This document shows, piece by piece, positions 9,925-19,600 of a DNA stretch of 32,000 bases. The notes beneath the pieces are model-generated. The model searched no databases, was not told the DNA's origin, and saw nothing but the letters and a program-made list of their open reading frames with translations. The DNA lies in the NCBI GenBank assembly GCA_031316235.1, contig JALDRA010000001.1, forward strand, positions 3,930,001 to 3,962,000. Direction: 5' to 3'. Every line of letters begins with the position of its first letter. Positions within the stretch are counted from its first letter, which is position 1. Origin of the DNA: Candidatus Scalindua sp. GTDB lineage: Bacteria; Planctomycetota; Brocadiia; Brocadiales; Scalinduaceae. Both the position numbers and the translations under genes were made by a program.

Positions 9925-11010
9925 TTACTCGCGGTCTTCATAATTAGCCTCAATCCACTTGCGATACTCACCACTTCTTACCGATTGTACCCAATCCATA
10001 TTTTCTAGATACCAATCCACTGTAATGTTTATCGCATCTTCAAATCTGAGTTTTGGACTCCATCCCAATTCCTTTTGTATTTTTGCCGCATCAATGGCAT
10101 AGCGACGGTCATGTCCTGGACGGTCACTGACAAACTGGATTAACCGTCGACTTGTCTCCTTACCAGAACGTCCCAGGCGTTTGTCCAGAAGATCACAGAG
10201 AAGATAAACTATATCAATGTTTTGACGCTCAGAGTTGCCTCCTATATTATAAGTATTTCCCGGGACCCCCCCCTCAATTACCCTGAGAACAGCCTCGCAA
10301 TGATCTGTGACAAAAAGCCAATCACGAATGTTTTTTCCATCACCATAAACGGGCAACCGTTTTCGTTCAATGATATTTAAAATCATAAGTGGCATGAGTT
10401 TCTCTGGAAATTGAAAAGGACCATAATTATTAGAGCAATTAGTAATAATAGCGGGGAAATTGTATGTATGAAAAAATGCCTTTACGAAATGGTCTGAGGC
10501 TGCCTTGGAAGCAGAATAAGGACTCGATGGATTGTATTGTGTATCTTCTGTAAAGTAGCCTCGAGGACCAAGACTTCCATACACCTCATCAGTAGATATA
10601 TGGAGAAAACGAAAATCATCAGGCCTGTTTCTGGCTTCCCAGGATTTAAGGCTCTCCCCGAGAAGAGTAAAGGTGCCGAGAACATTTGTCTCTAAAAAAA
10701 TCTTTGGCCCGAGTATTGATCTATCAACATGGGATTCCGCGGCAAAATGAACAACACTGTCGAACTTATTTTGAGAAAACAGTTCTGCAAGGATGGTTGG
10801 ATCCCTAACGTCTCCAAGGACAAAACGAAGCCTTTCAACTGACTCCGCTTTAAGATCCTGGAAATTGTGCGGATTACCGGCATACGTAAGTGAATCCAGG
10901 TTTACTATGTACCAATCAGGTTTAACATGTAATGTATGTCGAATAAAGTTTGTACCAATAAAACCCGAACCTCCGGTTACGAGTATCCTTTTTTGTTTAT
11001 CCATCCCCAT
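9925..11010 (-). CDS. rfbB: dTDP-glucose 4,6-dehydratase
   Basis: 361 aa extended SDR. N-terminal TGGSGFIGTNF and catalytic YSASKAASD. It resembles RmlB end to end (HISTDEVYG, NCSNNYGPFQFPEKLMP). Confidence 0.92.
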   Translation of the reverse strand: MGMDKQKRILVTGGSGFIGTNFIRHTLHVKPDWYIVNLDSLTYAGNPHNFQDLKAESVERLRFVLGDVRDPTILAELFSQNKFDSVVHFAAESHVDRSILGPKIFLETNVLGTFTLLGESLKSWEARNRPDDFRFLHISTDEVYGSLGPRGYFTEDTQYNPSSPYSASKAASDHFVKAFFHTYNFPAIITNCSNNYGPFQFPEKLMPLMILNIIERKRLPVYGDGKNIRDWLFVTDHCEAVLRVIEGGVPGNTYNIGGNSERQNIDIVYLLCDLLDKRLGRSGKETSRRLIQFVSDRPGHDRRYAIDAAKIQKELGWSPKLRFEDAINITVDWYLENMDWVQSVRSGEYRKWIEANYEDRE

Positions 11011-11149
11011 AATAAGATGCAGTGAAGTGTACTGTCTATATAATTAAGTTAAAAAAATTAAACCTGGAAAGTTCACAATTGCAGAAAGTCTTTCGCCTGC
11101 ATGAAGATAACATATCTGACAACTCAATTCAAAAAACAAATTCCGGGCA

Positions 11150-11264
11150 GTATACTAAAACCGATTTGGTTTTCGGCTTTTCTGAAAACCAAATCTTGGT
11201 TGCTGGTATACTCGCTCAGTTTTTTCTCGGATTTTATCCGAAATCCAGTATGAAATGAGTATAC
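11150..11264 (+). repeat. Copy 1 of a ~115-nt structured intergenic repeat (two hairpins, GTATAC-type boxes at start, middle and end)
   Basis: GTATACTAAAACCGATTTGGTTTTCGGCTTTTCTGAAAACCAAATCTTGGTTGCTGGTATACTCGCTCAGTTTTTTCTCGGATTTTATCCGAAATCCAGTATGAAATGAGTATAC. It aligns with 29773-29890 (reverse complement) and 25292-25460. Confidence 0.8.
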
Positions 11265-11509
11265 AACATGATCGAGTCCTTCATCAATATTGCACACGGG
11301 GCACTGCTGCATTCTGAATTTGCCCTTCATTGTCAGGAAAGAGGTTATGTGAACATCTTGAACAGAGCCAATTGTCACGACTCAATGTCCTCAATTTTAT
11401 CTATTCTCATGCTGTTCCTGCCTACACCTGCGAATCAGCGGTTTAGACCTGCCTAAAGGACAGCAGGAGTGATTTCGAAGGGCCCTGAACCATTGAATCG
11501 TTAAAAAAA

Positions 11510-12619
11510 CTATCTACTTTCCGCATAAAACGATCTGATAACTCTGCACACATCAAGGATCTGGTTTCGATGTAACTCTGGATAAAGCGGTAGCGACAAT
11601 ATTTCAGACATAACCCTGTTTGTAACAGGAAGATCTTCACCATGATAGTTGAGAAATTTATATGCCGTCTGTTTGAAAATCGGTCTGGGGTAATGAATAG
11701 CAGTTTCGATACCCTTATCATCCAAATATTTCTTGAGCTTATTCCTTGCCTTACAGCGTATAACAAAAAGATGCCACACTCCAATGCAGGTATTATCAGA
11801 ATCAGGTGGTAAATTAATAGGTAAATCCTGAAGTTCTTTCAGATAAATCTTTGCCAGGGCCGTTCGTTTCTTGTTCCACAAATGCAACTTCGGTAGACCC
11901 CAATTCAAAATTGCAGCCTGTATCTCATCTAAACGGCTGTTCACCCCTTCTCTACAGTTTTCATATTTGGAAACCTCACCATAATTTCGCAACTGCCTGA
12001 TAGTTTCCGCCAGCCTCTTATTCTTAGTGACAACTGCCCCGGCATCACCGAATGCACCCAGGTTCTTAGTTGGATAAAAACTAAAGCAGCCAATGTCCCC
12101 TATTGTTCCGACATACTGATTCTTAAATGATGCACCTTGTGCCTGGGCTGCATCTTCCACAACTTTTAATGAATGTTTTTTCGCTATCTTCTGTATTTTA
12201 TCCATAGGAGATGGATAACCAAATAAATGAACAGGTAAAATAACCTTCGTTTTCTCTGTAATTCTTTGCTCTATTAATTCTGGATTCATATTGAGGCTCT
12301 GTTCATCAACATCTACAAACACAACCATAGCCCCTGTCATTCTGATTGCACTGATGGTGGGAGTCGCTGTATTTGCAACCGTAATAACTTCGTCTCCTGT
12401 TCCAACTCCCAGCGCTTTTAAAGCCAGAAATATAGCATCAGTTCCGGAATTGACGCCAACAGCGTATTTAGATCCAAGATGCAGCGCTAATTTTTTTTCA
12501 AACTTCTCCAACTCCTGGCCTAATACAAACCAGCCCCGTTTGAGGACTCCTTCAATTGCTTTATCTATTTCTTTTTGATAGAGAAAATATCTTTCCTTTA
12601 AATTCAGAAAACGTATCAT
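11510..12619 (-). CDS. DegT/DnrJ/EryC1/StrS-family PLP aminotransferase (dTDP-keto-6-deoxyhexose transaminase, FdtB/QdtB-like)
   Basis: 369 aa. [14 protein letters not shown], and [15 protein letters not shown] with the PLP lysine. Its start codon shares one base with the upstream stop (TAATG). Confidence 0.88.
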   Translation of the reverse strand: MIRFLNLKERYFLYQKEIDKAIEGVLKRGWFVLGQELEKFEKKLALHLGSKYAVGVNSGTDAIFLALKALGVGTGDEVITVANTATPTISAIRMTGAMVVFVDVDEQSLNMNPELIEQRITEKTKVILPVHLFGYPSPMDKIQKIAKKHSLKVVEDAAQAQGASFKNQYVGTIGDIGCFSFYPTKNLGAFGDAGAVVTKNKRLAETIRQLRNYGEVSKYENCREGVNSRLDEIQAAILNWGLPKLHLWNKKRTALAKIYLKELQDLPINLPPDSDNTCIGVWHLFVIRCKARNKLKKYLDDKGIETAIHYPRPIFKQTAYKFLNYHGEDLPVTNRVMSEILSLPLYPELHRNQILDVCRVIRSFYAESR

Positions 12620-13041
12620 TATTTTGCATATTCTAAAAATTGTTTATAATTCCTGATATAATCATCCTCATCAAAGAAATCGCTCGCCACAACCAGGATG
12701 ACGCAGTCTCTGGAGAATTTAGACATTGTATGCCACAACATCGGCCCCAATCTAATACCGTAATACGGACTATCCAAGGTAATATTTTGTCTGGTTATAC
12801 CATCATCCAGAGACAACCGGAAAGTCCCGCTGACACAAAAAATATATTGATCCAGCTGTTTGTGGGCATGTTTTCCTCTAACGGCTTTGGGATTGGACAG
12901 ATTAGTGATATAATATATCCTCTTTGGTTCGAAGGGTATGTTTTTTTTGACTTCTCCTATCACCAATATACCATCTGGAAAATCGTCAACAAACTGCAAT
13001 TTAATAATCCCGGAATTTTTTACTTTAATTTTTTTTACCAT
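12619..13041 (-). CDS. WxcM/FdtA-like cupin, dTDP-4-keto-6-deoxyglucose 3,4-ketoisomerase
   Basis: 140 aa. [18 protein letters not shown] and [19 protein letters not shown] are typical of sugar 3,4-ketoisomerases. It appears translationally coupled to the aminotransferase. Confidence 0.8.
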   Translation of the reverse strand: MVKKIKVKNSGIIKLQFVDDFPDGILVIGEVKKNIPFEPKRIYYITNLSNPKAVRGKHAHKQLDQYIFCVSGTFRLSLDDGITRQNITLDSPYYGIRLGPMLWHTMSKFSRDCVILVVASDFFDEDDYIRNYKQFLEYAK

Positions 13042-14015
13042 ATAAATCCCTTCATTGAACTATCCTCTGTACATTGTGTTCTGCCGTGATATTCACCCTC
13101 ATACTCCCTCAGCTGCTGCACCATATATTACATGTTTAATTAGAAACGACTGTTGAATAAAAGGATAGAAAAGTTCCCTCTTTATCGAGATTTCCAGTGG
13201 CTGGACCAGAATGGATACAGATCAAGATGATAATTATTCAGTCCATGAATGACAGGGCCCTGATGTGTTGCCGGCAATCAACGTTGGAGCAGGGCAGCTA
13301 ATCAGTTACGAGAAGGCACCAATTAATACCAATACTAGCATCTTCACTGACCATTTTATAGATATAATTTAAAGAATTCAAGCGATGTAACCATTCCATC
13401 ATCAGTACAAACAACAGAAATCTCCTGTATCATATTTTATTACGTGTTCAAAACTCCCAGCGGAAACATCCAGTACCTGCTGAAGTCGAATTCTCCCAAT
13501 GCTTTTGCCGAGACTTCGAGTCATGATTATATTCTGGTATTAACTTCATCGAACTTTCCACCTCGCATTTCATTAGACCGTCAGATAGCGGGTAAACAGC
13601 TGCAAGGTGAACTTCAAAACACATTTTCCTGGTACAGTACTTTGGATTTCAATTCTCTTAATCGCAGGTAATCCTGAACTATAGAGTATTTAACCTCTCG
13701 ATTCAGGAGGGCATTGTACCATAAAAAATTTCCTGATTCAATTAAACCCAACTGTCTGACACGGTAACGTCAACTGAGAGAAGAACGTATGGTTTAAAAG
13801 GATACATGAGTGTGTTGCCAGATGTTACCGGAGAAGGTTCTGACTTCGTGGTACAAACTCAATCCTGCCAGATAAAGATAGGATTATTATCTGCATATCG
13901 TGAGGGAGGTGTAAACTTCTCAGGAAGGATTCTTTAACAAAATCGTCTAAAGAATATGATAACTATGACGAAAATACCAGCATAACATCGAGTTTTAATC
14001 AAACAATTCTTAAAA

Positions 14016-14104
14016 CCTGAAAAAGGCAAACCGCTAGAAATAGTGGGACGCAAAATCATTGGCCTAAATCCTGTATATCAGGACATGGTTGCAATGCTGC
14101 CAGG
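14016..14104 (+). promoter_or_regulatory. c-di-GMP-I (GEMM-I) riboswitch aptamer
   Basis: CCUGAAAAAGGCAAACCGCUAGAAAUAGUGGGACGCAAAAUCAUUGGCCUAAAUCCUGUAUAUCAGGACAUGGUUGCAAUGCUGCCAGG. The blocks GGCAAACC, a GAAA tetraloop on the 6-bp stem CCGCUA/UAGUGG, UGGGACGCAAA and GGCCUAAA...CAUGG (tetraloop-receptor-like) are collinear with the V. cholerae Vc2 aptamer as I recall it. The apical stem is UCCUG/CAGGA and P1 is CCUG/CAGG. Confidence 0.75.
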
Positions 14105-14110
14105 CAGATA

Positions 14111-14159
14111 CAGTACCTTTATGGCCTGTGTAATGCATGGCGTTTATAAGGAGGTACTG
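14111..14159 (+). promoter_or_regulatory. Shine-Dalgarno-sequestering helix (putative expression platform of the riboswitch)
   Basis: CAGUACCUU (14111-14119) is complementary to AAGGAGGUACUG (14148-14159). The latter contains AAGGAGG, 9 nt upstream of ATG 14164. Confidence 0.5.
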
Positions 14160-14163
14160 AATA

Positions 14164-16434
14164 ATGACAACAAATTATATTTCCCCACGATTTGGAAGAA
14201 CAACCTTTTTTTGTTTTTCTCCTTCAAACTCCATATCCATTTTAATAGTAAACATTATAATTCTTTTATATGCATCAAACGTATACTCAGCTCAATCTCC
14301 CAGCATGATAAGTCCGGTGTCAGATTCAACATTAACATCAGCCACTGTTACCTTTCAATGGAACCAGGGCACGGGAGTCAGCAAGTACTGGCTGGGAGTA
14401 GGTACAAGCTTTACGTCAGTAAATACCCCGCCATATGGAGACATATACGGATCAACAACAGGGAAAAATACAACGCAGCAGGTATCAGGAATCCCCATAA
14501 ATGGGAATCCGCTGCATGTAAGATTATGGTATAAGATTGATACTACCTGGTTCTTTAAAGACTATATGTACCAAACGAAGGTTCAGAGCACGCCCTCTCT
14601 GCTAAATCCAACACCAGGCTCGTCATTAACGACATCGTCTGTTACCTTTCAATGGAGCTCTGGCAGTGGAGTGAATATGTATTATCTGGGAATAGGAACA
14701 AGCCAGGCGTCAATCCAAAATTCTCCATGGGGAGATATTTATGCACAATACACAAATACGGGTACAACAGCAACGGTATCAGGAATGCCGTTGGATGGGA
14801 GTACGGTGTATGTAAGATTGTGGTATAAGATTAATACTGCCTGGTTCTTTAAAGATTATACTTTTTTATCATCGGCAAAAAATAATTCTCCTGTATTAAA
14901 TCCAATTGGAAATAAATACATTAATGTGGAACAACCATTGCACTTCAGTGTCTCTGCTAATGATCCTGATGGAGACACATTGAACTATACAGCAAGCAAT
15001 CTCCCTCTTGGTGTAAGCTTTAATGAGAGTACATGTGCCTTCTCATGGATACCAGCGTTTAATCAAGCGGGGACATACTCAAATGTAACATTTCATGTGA
15101 GCGATGGTAAAGATACCGTCTCAGAAAGTATTACAATAACTGTAGCCAATGTAAATCGTGCACCAGTGCTTGATTCAATTGCAGACATTACGGTAAACGA
15201 AGGTGATACCGTTACACTGAATCCAACTGCCACTGATCCGGACGGAGATCCCCTGGCATTTACCTGTTCCGGGTGGATGAATTCAAACAGCTATACTACA
15301 TCCTATGATGATGCAGGTGTTCATACGGTGGCAGTAACGGTCAGTGATGGCTCTCTGGCAGATTCTCAGGATGTTACCATAAAAGTCATAAACGTTAATC
15401 GTGCACCAGTGCTTGATCCAATTGCAAACATTGTGGTAAGTGAAGGTGTTACCATATCCTTTAATCCAACTGCCACTGATCCGGACGGAGATCCAGTGAC
15501 ATTTACCTGTTCCGGATGGATGAGTTCAAACAGCTATACTACATCCTATGATGATGCAGGTGTTCATACGGTCACGGTTACTGCCAGCGATGGTTCATCA
15601 GCCGATTCTCAAGACGTTACTATAACTGTCATAAATGCTAATCGTGCACCGGTGCTAGATCCGATAGCAGACATTACGGTAAATGCAGGTGATACCGTCA
15701 CACTGAACCCTGCCGCCACTGATTCGGATGGAGACACTCTTACATTTACCTGTTCCGGATGGATGAGTTCAAACAGCTATACTACATCCTATGATGATGC
15801 AGGTGTTCATACGGTGACAGTAACGGTCAGTGATGGATCATTGACAGATTCTCAGGATGTTACCATAACAGTAAATGAAGGTACCGCTCAAGTACAATTC
15901 GAATGGGAGCCTAATACGGAGAATGATCTTGCTGGTTATAAGATATACTATGGTAATTCAACGGGGAGTTATGATTCCAGTGTTGATGTTGGTAATCAAA
16001 CTCGCTATACAATTTCTGGTCTTGTAAGTGATGAAATCTATTACTTTGCTGCAACTGCATACGATTATTCAGGTAATGAAAGCCCTTACTCTGAGGAGCT
16101 GATAAGTGGTAATCCGGTAGTAACGGTCGGGATTACAAGCCCGACACCGGGCTCAACATTAAACACACCGACTGTTCCCTTTCAATGGAGCCCCGGAACG
16201 GGAGTTACCGCCTACTGGCTGGGAGTAGGTACAAGCAGTACATCAGTAAGCACTACGCCATATGGAGACATCTATGGGTCAACAACTGGAACAAAAACAA
16301 CGCAACAGGTAACAGGAATTCCCATAAACGGGTACCCCGTGTATGTAAGGTTATGGTGGAAGATAAGTAATGGAGCCTGGACCTATACAGACTATACGTA
16401 TCAAACCCAGGGTAGTGCTAATCAGGTGTACTAA
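14164..16434 (+). CDS. Secreted / cell-surface repeat protein (unrecognised FQW-YWLGVGTS domain x3, cadherin-like Ig modules x4, FN3)
   Basis: 756 aa with a strong SD and a signal/anchor (ILIVNIIILLYASNVYSA). Domain order: two ~100-aa FQW..G.GV..YWLG.GTS...YVRLW.KI domains, then 1+3 He_PIG/dystroglycan-cadherin-like modules with DPDGD motifs. An FN3 follows (FEWEPNTENDLAGYKIYYG...YYFAATAYDYSGNESPYS), then one more FQW domain. Confidence 0.85.
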   Translation: MTTNYISPRFGRTTFFCFSPSNSISILIVNIIILLYASNVYSAQSPSMISPVSDSTLTSATVTFQWNQGTGVSKYWLGVGTSFTSVNTPPYGDIYGSTTGKNTTQQVSGIPINGNPLHVRLWYKIDTTWFFKDYMYQTKVQSTPSLLNPTPGSSLTTSSVTFQWSSGSGVNMYYLGIGTSQASIQNSPWGDIYAQYTNTGTTATVSGMPLDGSTVYVRLWYKINTAWFFKDYTFLSSAKNNSPVLNPIGNKYINVEQPLHFSVSANDPDGDTLNYTASNLPLGVSFNESTCAFSWIPAFNQAGTYSNVTFHVSDGKDTVSESITITVANVNRAPVLDSIADITVNEGDTVTLNPTATDPDGDPLAFTCSGWMNSNSYTTSYDDAGVHTVAVTVSDGSLADSQDVTIKVINVNRAPVLDPIANIVVSEGVTISFNPTATDPDGDPVTFTCSGWMSSNSYTTSYDDAGVHTVTVTASDGSSADSQDVTITVINANRAPVLDPIADITVNAGDTVTLNPAATDSDGDTLTFTCSGWMSSNSYTTSYDDAGVHTVTVTVSDGSLTDSQDVTITVNEGTAQVQFEWEPNTENDLAGYKIYYGNSTGSYDSSVDVGNQTRYTISGLVSDEIYYFAATAYDYSGNESPYSEELISGNPVVTVGITSPTPGSTLNTPTVPFQWSPGTGVTAYWLGVGTSSTSVSTTPYGDIYGSTTGTKTTQQVTGIPINGYPVYVRLWWKISNGAWTYTDYTYQTQGSANQVY
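15154..15882 (+). repeat. 3 x 243-bp in-frame tandem repeat (81-aa cadherin-like modules)
   Basis: AATCGTGCACC(A/G)GTGCT(T/A)GAT recurs at 15154, 15397 and 15640. The units are highly similar throughout. Confidence 0.9.
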
Positions 16435-16635
16435 TCTCTCTGCACTTTAAAATTCACGTGCATGAGTGTCTTTTTCGAATGCAGTCCTCCTGTAGCCGAG
16501 CAGTTACCACTTGACCAGAAATGATTATTCCAATAAGGCTTCTGCTTCAAATGTCTGAATTTCAGAAAAATAGAATTAAGGTGCCCATTTCCTCTGGCAT
16601 CGTTCGTTCAGTCGTCAGAAAAAGACCAGTTACAT

Positions 16636-19600
16636 TCAGTTGAAGGTGCGCTGATAGAATTTAAAGTTTGATCCCGGTGCCTTCTCCGCATAAAACATCA
16701 CTACGTTCCCGTTATAGAGGAGGAGCTTCGGCTGCCCAAAATGAGTCTGGTCCACATTGGTATATGTAGCATTCGATACGTGCATCCTGCTGGTCCATGT
16801 GTTGGCTGATTTATTATAGTACCAGTATGATGCCAGGTACTCTTCAGGGTCTTGCATATTTCCAAAGGGGTGGTTCGCGGAAGTCATCCAGACATCCCCA
16901 TTGGGTGCTACCAGTATGTCGGTGTTCGCTTCCCAATATTCGTACAGCTGCCAGACTTTCTGCAGCACATTCGGCTGCGTACTCTTGAAGTACCCGACTC
17001 CTTTGGGAGTCGGCGCCGCTTCAAAGATGGCCAGGTGAAGGGCTGAGTCACTGCCGATTGCACCTGACATGGCAAAGTCACCAACATATACATTGGGAAA
17101 AATGTCTTGAGCTGGGTTCCAGGTACCGTCTTTGCTCCTGATACGACGTTCAATTGCATTATTACTGTTAGAACTCGCATAACTTACATATAAAAAATGG
17201 GCATCCCCTTGCGAACTTATCTCTATCGTTCCGTTACCCGCCCCGAGGCTGCCGAAACCTGCCTTCCAGGACACGGGTGCTTCAAAGTTTGCCTGACCTG
17301 CGATCTTTCTTCGGTACAGAATACGGCTCTCCGCTTTCCAATCTGTATTTTGCCAATCGGTAGGGTATGACCACACAATCACATGAACGTTATCATTGCC
17401 GTCCACGGCTACCGCTGGCCCTGTGTCCTGGAAATTTGCGGTATCGTTTACCAGCACAGGGGTACTCCATGTCCCACTGGAATTTGAACGATACCAGCTG
17501 GCTGAACCGTTACTGGTCGAATAGACCAGATGCAATTTGTTAGCACTGTCAACCGCAAGGGAAAACTTTTTGTTTGTATTCAGGTGGCTGGCAAGCTGCG
17601 GGCTGCTCCACGTTGTTCCTCCATTGGTGGATTTGGAAAGATATAGTTTGTTATCCTGATTATAGACAAAATAAAGAGCAGTGGTAGTCGCCACAGCCTG
17701 AAAGGCAACATTATTGCTTACCTGGATGCTCCCGACCTGCATGATGCCGCTGGTGCCCGTATTGACAGTAACAGTCACCGTTGCCACATTAGAGGTAGCT
17801 CCCAGATTGTCATTCACCGTATAGGTAAAGGAGTCCTGTCCGGTAAATCCCGTGGCAGGTGTATAATCAACGGTACCATCAGCTTTTAGTGCCGCCGTGC
17901 CATTGGCTGGTGCCGATATTACGGCCACCGTGGCAGGGTCAATCGTACCGTCTGAATCGGTATCATTTGCTGTTACATTAATATTTACCAGGGTATCCAC
18001 TGTCGTTGCTGCAGTGTCGTTATTGGCAACAGGCGCCTGATTGCCGCCTCCCTGAGTCTGATACGTATAGTCTGTAAAGGTCCAGGCTTCAGTACCGATC
18101 TTCCACCATAATCTAACATACACCGTGTTCCCGTTTATGGGGATTCCAGTTACCTGTTGCGTTGTATTTGTCCCAGTTGTTGCGCCAAATATGTCCCCCC
18201 ATGGTGGTGTGCTTACTGATGTAAAGCTTGTACCTACTCCCAGCCAGTAGGAGGTAACACCGGCACCCGCGCTCCATTGAAAGGGAACCGTTGATACCGT
18301 TAAGGTCGAACCCGGTGCCGGACTTGTCATCGCAGGCGTACCTCCCGGATTGACTGTAACCGTCACGGTTGCCACGTTGGAGGTAGCTCCCAGATTGTCA
18401 TTCACTGTATAGGTAAAGGAGTCTTGTCCGGTAAATCCCGTGGCAGGTGTATAATCAACGGTACCGTCAGCTTTTAGTGCTGCCGTGCCATTGGCTGGCG
18501 CACTTATTACAGCGACAGTGGCAGGGTTAATCGTGCCGTCTGAATCGGTATCATTTGCTGTCACGTTAATATTTACCAGGGTATCCACTGTCGTTGCTGC
18601 AGTGTCGTTATTGGCTACAGGAGATAAATTCCCAGCATTGACCGTAACCGTCACGGTTGCCACGTTGGAGGTTGTCCCCAGATTGTCATTCACCGTATAG
18701 GTAAAGGAGTCCTGTCCGGTAAATCCCGTGGCAGGTGTATAATCAACGGTACCATCAGCTTTTAGTGCTGCCGTGCCATTGGCTGGTGCCGATATTATGG
18801 CCACCGTGGCAGGGTCAATCGTACCGTCTGAATCGGTATCATTTGCTGTTACATTAATATTTACCAGGGTATCCACTGTCGTTGTTGCAGTGTCGTTATT
18901 GGCAACAGGCGCCTGATTACCGCCTCCCTGAGTCTGATACGTATAGTCTGTAAAGGTCCAGACTTCAGTGCCGATCTTCCACCATAATCTAACATACACC
19001 GTGTTCCCGTTTATGGGGATTCCGGTTACCTGTTGCGTTGTATTTGTCCCAGTTGTTGCGCCAAATATGTCCCCCCATGGTGGTGTGCTTACTGATGTAA
19101 AGCTTGTACCTACTCCCAGCCAGTAGGAGGTAACACCGGCACCCGTGCTCCATTGAAAGGGAACCGTTGATACCGTTAAGGTCGAACCCGGTGCCGGACT
19201 TGTCATCGCAGGCGTACCTCCCGGATTGACCGTAACCGTCACGGTTGCCACGTTGGAGGTAGCTCCCAGATTGTCATTCACCGTATAGGTAAAGGAGTCC
19301 TGTCCGGTAAATCCCGTGGCAGGTGTATAATCAACGGTACCGTCAGCTTTTAGTGCTGCCGCGCCATTGGCTGGTGCACTTATTACAGCGACAGTGGCAG
19401 GGTAAATCGTGCCGTCTGAATCGGTATCATTTGCTGTCACGTTAATATTTACCAGGGTATCCACTGTCGTTGCTGCAGTGTCGTTATTGGCAACAGGCGC
19501 CTGATTGCCGCCTCCCTGTGTCTGGTACGTATAGTCGCTATAAGTCCACGCTCCAGTACCGATCTTCCACCATAATCTAACATACACCGGATTCCCGTTT

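Noticed and set aside
11022-11378. ORFs crossing the structured repeat give similar peptides (FSENQILVAGILAQFFLGFYPK versus FSKNQSLVTVILAPFSLGFYPK at 29603-29872), suggesting a small conserved protein
   Set aside because: The similarity follows from nucleotide conservation. The copies share no start codon or RBS. Copy 3 interrupts the frame with its insertion. Paired-position changes point to selection on structure, not coding.
12640-13089. 149-aa plus-strand ORF
   Set aside because: It is antisense to the FdtA-like cupin gene, which has family-specific motifs and translational coupling to its neighbour.
14043-14534. 163-aa plus-strand ORF overlapping the start of the 756-aa gene
   Set aside because: It uses a different frame from the SD-preceded ATG at 14164 and begins inside the riboswitch aptamer. 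It has no recognisable features.
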